This document shows, piece after piece, positions 55,027 through 64,000 of a stretch of 64,000 bases of DNA. Below the pieces are notes generated by a model. That model had not been told where the DNA came from, ran no database searches, and saw only the letters and a list, made by a program, of their open reading frames with translations. Numbering within the stretch: position 1 is the first letter of the stretch; each line of letters opens with the position of its first letter. The DNA comes from Antedon mediterranea (Eukaryota; Animalia; Echinodermata), in NCBI RefSeq assembly GCF_964355755.1, contig NC_092672.1, positions 1,488,001 to 1,552,000 of the forward strand, given 5' to 3'. A program made the translations under genes and the position numbers.

Positions 55027-55167
55027 CTTTGCCGTGGCAACCATAGTGTTGTCCCGGACTACTGCGGGTACATCATCTTCTGCTTCTGCCAGTTTCTCCT
55101 GATCTCCTCGTGTCCTTACTTCTTCCGGTAACTGACCACCGGTGCTTTCAAGAAATTCTTTACCGTC
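55027..55167 (-). CDS. Uncharacterised acidic repeat protein, exon 3
   Basis: DGKEFLESTGGQLPEEVRTRGDQEKLAEAEDDVPAVVRDNTMVATAK. AG acceptor, GTTTGT donor, phase 0-0. Confidence 0.88.
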
Positions 55168-55278
55168 CTTTAAACAAATGAAATTGATAATGTGAATAAT
55201 TTGATTTACAATGGATGCAAGGCGATAAAGTGAGGTAAGCCTACTTAGCACTTTACACTTATATATTATTAGTTCTAA

Positions 55279-55451
55279 AGCTCTGTTTACACTATCAAAC
55301 TAATTTGAAAAAAAGTGCCCCAATATACAGGTAATAGTGATATGCTTAAGTATGGTAGTGATATGCCTAAATATGGTAGTGATACGACATCATCATGTCC
55401 ATATATGGGCACATCACATTTTTTTTCCACATAAAGTTTGATAGTATAGCT
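55279..55451. mobile_element. MITE family A copy in intron 2 of the repeat-protein gene
   Basis: AGCTCTGTTTACACTATCAAACT left end, internal TATGGTAGTGATATG units, degenerate right TIR. Confidence 0.82.
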
Positions 55452-55475
55452 TTGTTTTTTTAATGTTTTTCTTAC

Positions 55476-55604
55476 TTTCAACGTGGCTTGCATTGTTCCA
55501 TCGCGAGGTATTTCTGGTTTGTCGTCGTCAGGTGTGTTGCCATTGCTGTTTGTTTCTGGTATAAGATCTTCCTTCCCTTCCCTCTTCAAGTATTCAATTC
55601 CTTC
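55476..55604 (-). CDS. Uncharacterised acidic repeat protein, exon 2
   Basis: EGIEYLKREGKEDLIPETNSNGNTPDDDKPEIPRDGTMQATLK. AG acceptor, GTAAGA donor, phase 0-0. Confidence 0.88.
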
Positions 55605-58600
55605 CTTTAAAGTAAAATAAATAAATTCAGAAACCCAATAAAATGTAATTCTCAGTGAGTCTGTCTAATAATATGTAGAACTGGAGTGTTACTGTACTAA
55701 CTTTCTACAGTACATTGTTATGACTCTTTAATTAAATTTGTGTGCAATATAAACATTTTGAGCTGATCCCTTCTTGTACAGTTCCAAAGTGATAATCATT
55801 TTCTCGCATTTCTAAGCATGTCCCTCATAATTACCTGTTTTAGAATCAACAATAATGATATTCACCAACAAAATGCAAGAGAAATGAACCCTAAAAGATG
55901 TATTCTAAGCAATTTATTTCAATTATGATTTGTTATTGTGTCATCCTGGGTCAAAGGTTATTTGAGTAGCATTCACAGTATAATTCAATAACAACAATAA
56001 GTTCTTTGTACGACCAGTTCACACAAAAACCAGGAAGTTAGTAATTTCGAAGAATGCGGTCACATTAGCAACATAAATATAATGGTCTACAAGATTTTGG
56101 TAATTTTTAGAATTAAGCATGGAGTTAAGTGGCCGCATTTTAATATTTAGTTTGAATAATAATGATTTGAATAAAGTGATAGGTGGCAAGTAAGGATTCT
56201 ATCGAAATAAACACAGCATGGGTGGGTACTGTAGGTGAGAACAAGTCATTTAGTAAATTATACAGGGTTGAAGAAAAATATAGTTTTTTGCTGGATAATC
56301 ATTTTAATAATTCAAAAAAAAAATCTATTAGTATTAAATTATGTTAAGATCCATCAGAAAAGGCCCCTACAAAAATTGCACTTACAAATTTAACAGAAAA
56401 AAAGACAAATAACTAAGTTCAAAAGAAAATTAAACAACACAAAACTATCCTGCCCATAAAAGAGTAAAATGGCATATACTATTAAGTGATAACTGATGAT
56501 TTAAATTAGGTTTTATATTAAATCTAAACAATATTTGCATAACATTTATACCAGGTAATTAAATAATGTAGCCTATATATTTACTATACTGTGTCATGAG
56601 AATTATTATTTATTCTGGTAAATGGCATACACTAATGGTATTAATTTGTGATTTGTATGATGCTTTATAAGCTTTTCCACCAATGGTCATAAAGAACTGC
56701 ATCACCATGGTTACCAATGTCTGTCTAAATTCTCATTGACTGAGTAGAACTCAAATTACAGGCAAATAGTTGCCTAGCAACAAAGCAGTCATATATAAAT
56801 GAGGCAAACAAAGTTCAATGTTTTTTAAATAAAATTTTCATCAAATTTGAAATATTTTACTAATTATTGGTAAAATGAATTATTTTTTAAGAAAATTTAA
56901 TTGACTAATCTGAAAAAGAGAAATAAATGTTCTACATTATTAATTTTATAAAAAAAATATTCTAGAAAATAGTACATTTCAGATAACAAAGAGGGTCTCA
57001 GCATCTTTACACATGCTGGAGTTCTTTGTCTCAAAAACCAAAGTAAAGTGTGTATAATTGGTGTATTAAATAACCTTGCCCTCCAAAAACTGCATTGTTT
57101 GAAATATAAACATAACACCACAACCACAGTACAACTTCAAAGAAATCATATTCTGGCTCAACAAACAATTTACAACCACTAACAGGTTGTAAAATTATTA
57201 ATTTTCTCTTTAAACGGACAATAAAAAACAGACTTTTATAATACAGTATAAAAATACATACTTAATAAAATACTGTAATTTAAATACCAACATGGTAAGT
57301 TTAAAGGGAAATTAAAAGCTATCAGAAAGTTTAGAAGAGTTTTTAATTTATGGTTCAGGGAAAATAAAGGGAAATCCCCTAAAAATGTGTTACCCATCCT
57401 TATACACCTAACCACAGTCCATACCAATAGTACAGTATGTTCTTGTTGTTTAAAAAACTTAAATCTTATTGAATACTGGTATTGATTTTTTTTTTAAACT
57501 GATATTTTAAGATGTAATAAAATATATATTAAAAGAATTTTAAATCCTTTTTGATGACAAAAACGTCAATAATATTGATGATTCAATTTTGTATTCACAA
57601 TTACACCTTTTATCCCTCTTATTTTATGTGATAGTAATATTCTTGTTTTGACATAATCCAGTGTACTTTATTTCATCATTAAGTGGATAAAAATGTACTC
57701 GCACAGAATAAATGAGTACATGTGATTGGTCTGCCTGTACAGTGTGTACAGTACAGTGTGTACTGTACAACATTGTACTTGCATTTACAGTACAGTATAC
57801 CGTAGTGTACTGTACAACACTGTACTTGCATTTATTTACAGCACACAACAACAGAATTGTATAATGAAAAGTACTACAATTCATTTTCAAAGCACAAAGA
57901 CCAGGAATTATTTAAAAGAAATTTAACCAATGCAGATAAAACTAATGAATATTCATGAGTCTAATCATAGAGATAACTTCCCTTAGAACACATATTGATA
58001 TACACAGCACTAATAGTGTAAAGTACTATTATCAATTGTTTTATTTATTTAAAGATAAAGCATTAAGACCATTATATAATATTAAATCAATATATTATTT
58101 AAATGAAGCTATTTAACTAATGAATATTCATAAACTCTAATTATTTAATGTTTAAATGTAACTTCCCTTATTAGAACAACACTAAATAAATAATTTTAAA
58201 ATAATCAGGATTTCCTTTAGTTTAATATTGACATTTAATTAACTCATTTAGAAATGAAAGTTTACACATGTCAGAGTAAATTATGTAAATTAGATTAGTT
58301 GACAACATGTTTGTACAGTATGTAAATCTGTAATGTAAAAAGGTAAAGCAATTAAAGTATGTATGTTTAAAGTTTATATTGATGGTGTCCCCGATTGGTT
58401 CCGAATAGAAGTTTTGACCAAATCATAACTCAATTTAAAATACAATATATTATAATTACTGTAATTTGTATTATTTTATCTGCTCACTTTCAAGGAAACC
58501 AAGATTTTATAAATAACATTATTTGATCTAAGCAGGTAAAATGTCACAATAAAGTGATCACCTGCTGTGGATTATTCCAAATAAACACATTTAATTAAAC

Positions 58601-59284
58601 ATTCAAATTAATTATTAATTTATATCTAGTTCTGCATACAGTTTACTTAATACACATCCAGTTAATTAATTAATAAATCTGTCAAATTGAACACATATAT
58701 TGGTAGCAAACTATGTGTAAATTATTTCACAAAATTATTTTATATATTGCTGTAACCCCCATAATAAAATGGTAGAGTCTGAATTATGAAATTGATAACA
58801 GTTCCTTGAACCTATTCTGCTATTTGAATTAAATGTGATTATGAATTTATAATTGGCACAAATTCAGCAATGTGATAACAGATTTAGAAACGTGCTTATT
58901 ACTTAACATTGATTTATCAAAATTTACCACAGGTACCAGTAACTGTTCCGCGTACAAATAAACACGCGCGCGCCGAATTTCTCAGTGTCAAATTATACCA
59001 AACTGTGTAGTAAAGTAAGCCGAATATAACAAAAATTAAAAATCTGTATCGCGTACGCATAATTTCACAAATTATAATGTGATTAAAATATATTACAGAA
59101 CTTATCAAATGGTTAATATACCTAAGCTGCGAAATGACGTGTTTTATGTAAAACGTCAAATTATTTTTTCAAATGACAGAACATGCTTCTTATCATCTCA
59201 CCGTTGAATGAACAAAGAAAACTCATAAATTTAAAGAAAAACAACATCATTTTCTTGATATAAAAATAATAAAACTACACAAAC

Positions 59285-59341
59285 CTTTGCTGTGACTTGC
59301 ATAGTTCCGTCTCTTTTGAGTTGTGGTTGTTCATCGGCCAT
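59285..59341 (-). CDS. Uncharacterised acidic repeat protein, exon 1
   Basis: MADEQPQLKRDGTMQVTAK. GCAATGG start context, AAG|GTTTGT donor, phase 0, just downstream of a promoter-like region. Confidence 0.85.
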
Positions 59342-59399
59342 TGCTACTTAGGTTTACGGCTCAAAAAAGAGGTAAAAAAAGCAAGAAAATAGCGGTGTT

Positions 59400-59800
59400 T
59401 CGCTGACAACAAAATTACCTTCCAACACACACAAAGATACACCGGGAAGTAAGTGAGATTGCTCTACAGCTGCATGTTAATAAGCCAACACGACGTCACA
59501 TTATATTGTTTATTGATTGGTTATCTTTACTACGTTCTTTGTTTTGATTGGTTTGTTTTGTAAAACCCACGCTGAAGAGCGGGATCCCGTTGAGTGTGAG
59601 AAATACGATACAAGTCGCTTCTTGTTTGTATTAGCATGCGGAATAGACTCACTGCGCATGCGCTACACAGTTATATCATTTATTAGTACCGTAATCTACT
59701 ATAGATAGAAACTGTAAGTAATATTTGTCTATGACGATATATCAAAAGGGAATACACGTCATCCAATGAGTCGTTGTCGGTAACCCGTTGACTGTACTTG
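59400..59800. promoter_or_regulatory. Probable bidirectional promoter between the repeat-protein gene and the oxidoreductase gene
   Basis: CpG-richer patch with ETS-like CGGGAAGT (59443), CRE-like GACGTCA (59492), ATTGG at 59516 and 59547, NRF1-like TGCGCATGCGC (59653) and CCAAT (59763). Lies between divergent genes. Confidence 0.6.
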
Positions 59801-59850
59801 TTACGACTTGCTGAAGTAGTAACAGAAAAACAAGAGTAAGAACGCTGCAG
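59800..59850 (+). other. Possible non-coding first exon of the oxidoreductase gene (start approximate)
   Basis: CAG|GTAGGA donor at 59850/59851 next to the promoter. Candidate acceptor TTTTTGTAG ends at 61573, upstream of the ATG at 61649. Confidence 0.4.
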
Positions 59851-60052
59851 GTAGGAAAATAATATATTTGTTATTTATATTATTAATTTACAGGGCCACC
59901 TTTTACTTCTGTTAAACATTTTATCTGTGTAATGACCTAATTGATAACGTGTGTTTCTTTGCGATGCATTCTGGGCAAGGGTTAGGAAGAACTAACTGTC
60001 CCGTTTTATCTTTTCTTGGTGGAGAAACCGCGTTGTGTAGTAGGCCTACTAA

Positions 60053-60379
60053 AGCGTGTTCCCACCTGGAGACGCAACGCATGACGTACGCGCAACGCAA
60101 ATGAGTTGACCAGAGTGACAAGCTACTGTTCGAATAATCACCATCGCATGCAATTGGTCAAATCACTTACGTTGCGTTACGTCTTTGCGTTGTGTCGCTA
60201 AGGAACAAATTAACTGATGTGCGCGAACAAATTCCACCCTCTTGATTGGTCAAAAGTGAGGTATGAATTAGCAAAGTGATACCGTGTTTTAACAATTCGC
60301 ATTTAAATTGAAAAGAAGATCGAACTGTGACCACGGTCCCATAACGTCCTTGCGTTGCGTCGCTAATGGGAACCACGCT
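60053..60379. mobile_element. MITE family B (GGTTCCCAC termini; palindromic TTGACCAATCAC...GTGATTGGTCAA core)
   Basis: AGCGTGTTCCCAC...TGGGAACCACGCT termini with TWA flanks and internal inverted ACGCAACGCA repeats. Confidence 0.72.
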
Positions 60380-60644
60380 TTACTACCAACTCTCTTGATT
60401 TCGGCGGCATTTTCCCGCCTTTTGATATTGTGTCCTGCCGCCCAACTCTGATTTGTCTCGCTTTTGAAAATATTTTATATATAAAATAAAATCACCGAAC
60501 TAAATTAAACTAATTCCTGTAAACTTTATTAAATCTTCAGTACGCCATTTAATCATTTATATCATAACTAAGATAGTAGTGGTGGTACGGATGTTGTTTA
60601 TGTTTTTGAAGGGGAATTCCCGGGCTTGATTAGCACGGTGCTGA

Positions 60645-60760
60645 TTACGGGGCGCCATTTGAGACATTGCTAATTTTGCCGACTACCTACAATGTAAAAA
60701 CAAAATTGATTCTATTGTATCATTTTGACAAAATTAGCAATTCCGAACGGCGCCCCGTAA
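60645..60760. mobile_element. Small hairpin MITE with possible TA TSD
   Basis: TTACGGGGCGCC..TTGCTAATTTTG / CAAAATTAGCAA..GGCGCCCCGTAA inverted ends. Confidence 0.6.
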
Positions 60761-61648
60761 ATAATTTGGTTTTTACTGAGGTACTGGTCGCTTGCTTTAT
60801 CTAAAATAGCCATATTTTTTCCCTATTACCGATATTCTAAAAGTATAGTGCGATTTCCGAGAACCTAGCGGTATTTTCAACCCAACAATTATGTGAGGAG
60901 GAGATCTTCAAGACGCTGACCTCCAAATCTATCCAGTTAGTTTCACATTATTTATAAAAAAACAAATTTAATTATATATATGTTGGTAAGGCCTGCCTAC
61001 CGCAAACTTTTTTTTCAAATAAAAATAGATTTCGCCATTTCAATCAAAGCTTCAAACTAAATATAATTTATATAGTGTAAGGAAACACAACAGGAAAACT
61101 GTATTCATTAATTAGCTCTCTCTGCAACAATTAAAGAAAAAAGAAGATTATCAAACAGCTGGCCTAGTATAATAAAAATAATGATAATAACTGTATTATA
61201 AAAAAATGATCTTCACAATTTGTATAGGTTCAACGTGATCAGTCGAGTGTGACGTGTACGTACTGACTGTTGTGGTGGCAGCAGATAATTAATTGTCTCG
61301 TGGATTCTCTCTTTTTTGACACACAAGTAAACAAATGGTATGGTAAACAATACGAATAGCAAAGATAGTGGAGGGGGATTGTGACCTGTTTATTCTTTTA
61401 AAAAACAGACCCAGCAGAGGAGTATTGACAATATATTCTTGTATTTAACCAAGGAAAAATAAGAAAAGACACCGGGTCAGACTAGCGAGGTCCAGGAAGG
61501 AGAGTAGCAGGAAGCATTATTAATATTAATATTTTTCTCTGTCAATGATTCTGATTTTATATGATTTTTGTAGGGCAATAATAATACTATAAATAGGCCT
61601 ACTACTACAACAATCATCAACCGAGAAGAGTCGGATAATATTGATAAA

Positions 61649-61762
61649 ATGAGTGAAGTTGAGGCTGAGGAAACAAAGATTATCACAGCTGTGATTGTTG
61701 GAGCTGGCAACAGAGGTCAGATGTATGCTGAGTTTTCTAGAATACATCCAGAAAGGTTTAAG
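61649..61762 (+). CDS. Gfo/Idh/MocA-family oxidoreductase (YteT-like), coding exon 1
   Basis: MSEVEAEETKIITAVIVGAGNRGQMYAEFSRIHPERFK with Rossmann GxGxxG. AAG|GTAGGT donor. Confidence 0.9.
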
Positions 61763-62086
61763 GTAGGTTAGAGGTAAGAGGTCAGGTGTATGAGGAAGGT
61801 TTAAGGTCAGACGTAAGAGGTCAGATGTATGTTGAGCTTTCTAGAATACATTCAGAAAAGTTTAAGGGACGTCATAGGTTAAAGAGGTCAGATGTATGAG
61901 CAAGGTTTAAGGTCAGAGGTAAGAGGTCAAATGTATGCTGAGTAACAAATGAAAGTATATTTTTATCAAACACCATTGAATTATCATAACATCATTTGTT
62001 CTTCCTCTTTTTTCTACTCCTCTGACTAATTTAATTGTTAATAAAATTGAACTTTAACTGTAGTTGTTCTACCTTTTGAAATACAG

Positions 62087-62171
62087 GTTGTTGCAGTTGC
62101 TGATCCCAAAAAGTTTGCTAGGACCTATATTCAGAAGAGATATAAACTAACAGACGAACGTGTTTTTGAAG
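62087..62171 (+). CDS. Gfo/Idh/MocA oxidoreductase, exon 2
   Basis: VVAVADPKKFARTYIQKRYKLTDERVFE. CAG acceptor, GTATTT donor, phase 0 to 1. Confidence 0.9.
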
Positions 62172-62317
62172 GTATTTCATAAAATAAACTCTGGATAAGT
62201 TAAATTACTGGCATAAAAGAAAATTATTGTTAATGACAATGCTGTGGGTATCAGTGGCTGAAACCTTTCAGTTATTTTCTATTTTTAACTCCCATTTCTT
62301 AAAATCTATATTTTCAG

Positions 62318-62391
62318 ATTTTAACGATATTTTAAAACTCGAGAAGCTTGCTGATTGTGTTGTCATAGCAACTCCTGATGCACTACACAAG
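62318..62391 (+). CDS. Gfo/Idh/MocA oxidoreductase, exon 3
   Basis: (D)FNDILKLEKLADCVVIATPDALHK, containing the family motif D.V.IATP...H. Confidence 0.9.
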
Positions 62392-62420
62392 GTTTGTAAC
62401 TAAAAAAATTCAATTTAAGA

Positions 62421-62572
62421 AGCCTACACTTTCAAACTTTATGTGTCAACAAAATGTAATGTCATCATGATGATGTCATATCACACCATATTTAAGCATA
62501 GCACTACTATATATGGGCACATCAAACATCAAACTTTTTTGACAAATAAAGTTTGATAGTGTAGACAAGGCT
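62421..62572. mobile_element. MITE family A copy
   Basis: CTACACTTTCAAACTT...AGTTTGATAGTGTAGACAAGGCT followed by TAA. Confidence 0.78.
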
Positions 62573-62594
62573 TAAGACAAGAAAGGGAAAGTTT

Positions 62595-62790
62595 TTTTAT
62601 TTATTTATTTATTCATTTCCCAACCAACAGTGAACTCATGGTTCACCACTTACAGGAGGGAACACAGACAAACACGAACATATACAATAAAAAACATTAA
62701 ACTAAACTACTAACATGTTACGAAACTTACGGAAATTATTACTAAAGATATCTAACTCAGGGTTTCTTAAAGTAAAAGAATTATAAGTTT
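62595..62790 (-). mobile_element. LINE 3'-end remnant between two MITEs
   Basis: (AATA)n tail on the minus strand, GTGAAC..GTTCAC hairpin, minus-strand NPELDIFSNNFRKFR resembling a LINE ORF2 C-terminus. Confidence 0.4.
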
Positions 62791-62837
62791 GACTTAATCT
62801 ACTAATAAAACCATTTTTTTAAATTACTCTACTCAAA

Positions 62838-62970
62838 CTCAAACTATTGTGATGTGCCCAAATATGGTATTGACATTGGTAAAATATGGTAGTGATATGA
62901 AATCATCATGTCCATATATAGGCACATCACATTTTTTTGTCACATAAAGTTTGATAGTGTAGACAGGGCT
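62838..62970. mobile_element. MITE family A copy (left end eroded)
   Basis: Internal units plus right TIR AGTTTGATAGTGTAGACAGGGCT followed by TAA. Confidence 0.78.
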
Positions 62971-63016
62971 TAAGAGTTGTTATCACATATCTCTCTTAAA
63001 TTGTTTTCTTTTCAAG

Positions 63017-63076
63017 GAACCAGCTGTAGGGTTTGCAAATGCAGGCTACCACATTCTGCTGGAGAAACCAATGGCT
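63017..63076 (+). CDS. Gfo/Idh/MocA oxidoreductase, exon 4
   Basis: EPAVGFANAGYHILLEKPMA with the diagnostic EKP motif. GTAAGT donor. Confidence 0.92.
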
Positions 63077-63294
63077 GTAAGTAGGCTTTTCTCAATTATC
63101 TCTTGTCAATGTTTAATTGAAATCATGTGACAATTTAACAATAATATTGAACCACACTGGCCCGGCAACAGTAAACAAAGTCTCGCATCAATATGCTGCA
63201 CCACTCTCTACTCATTCCTAAAGTGTACATATAAAGATATTGCACAAACTGATTGGTCACACACACATGTATGGAATTCTTCATTCCTTATTAG

Positions 63295-63459
63295 GTAACG
63301 GAAGAGGACTGTAGAGAGATTGTTGCTGCTTGTAAGAAGAACAATACTATATTGTCCGTTGGACATGTGCTGAGGTACTACCCACCGTTACAGAAACTGA
63401 AAGAGTTGATAAACAGTGGTATCATTGGCGATGTTGTTAACATTCATCTCCACGAACCA
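63295..63459 (+). CDS. Gfo/Idh/MocA oxidoreductase, exon 5
   Basis: VTEEDCREIVAACKKNNTILSVGHVLRYYPPLQKLKELINSGIIGDVVNIHLHEP, with family motifs VGH.LRY and G.IG. Confidence 0.92.
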
Positions 63460-63846
63460 GTAAGGCTTCTCAGAATTACTTTTTACCTCGGACATGCTAG
63501 TAATTTGAATTGATACACATTTGCTGTTGAATTTAACAATACATAGTAAAATTACAACTGGCTGTAATAAGTTTTATGCAAAACCTAAGGCCTGGGTAAA
63601 CTAAGCCTGTGGATAACAAAGTTATTCCAGTCCTTAGACATGGTGAGGTTAGAGCTAGGCAAAACAGAACATGACCTCACCTTGACCTCACCTTGACCTC
63701 ACCTTGGTAAGATAGGTATCTTATGTCTAGCTGCGGCAAACACCAACAATACTCTGCACCGTGCGGAAATAATCTATGAAGAGCTGGGGTATACAGAATT
63801 TGATGGTACAGTGTACAGATTGACACGTCAACTCCTTGTGTTGTAG

Positions 63847-63977
63847 GTTGGGTTCTACCATTTTGCTCACTCTTATGTCCGAGGCAATTGGAGGAATGAA
63901 GATGAATCTACATTTGTTTTGATGGCCAAGTGTTGCCATGACATTGACCTTCTACTTTGGTGGTTTGAAGGTCAAAG
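63847..63977 (+). CDS. Gfo/Idh/MocA oxidoreductase, exon 6; gene continues beyond the window end
   Basis: [52 protein letters not shown] and KxCHDID motifs; GTTAGT donor. Confidence 0.92.
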
Positions 63978-64000
63978 GTTAGTTTCATCTCCATAATCAA

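Overview
AT-rich, intron-containing animal genomic DNA. It is probably a marine invertebrate deuterostome such as an echinoderm; this is inferred from gene and repeat style only. Three spliced genes were assembled by hand. (1) Chordin on the minus strand: the first five coding exons (signal peptide, CR1/VWC domain, linker, start of CHRD1) spread over 31 kb, continuing off the left edge. (2) A complete 5-exon minus-strand gene (53916-59341) for an unrecognised 197-aa acidic protein. It carries four copies of an R-x-x-T-M-x-x-T-x-K/E|x-G-x-x-F/Y-L motif, each split by a phase-0 intron at the same position. (3) Head-to-head with gene 2, a Gfo/Idh/MocA oxidoreductase on the plus strand that runs off the right edge. 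The rest is intronic or intergenic DNA with two Harbinger-type MITE families, a young 1.1-kb Harbinger-like element, a 2.6-kb long-TIR transposon nested in a CR1 LINE tail, two tRNA-SINEs, a (TA)n-embedded element with a hammerhead-like motif, and several minisatellites. The palindrome TAGGCCTA is strongly over-represented but was not seen in the CpG-poor gene bodies.
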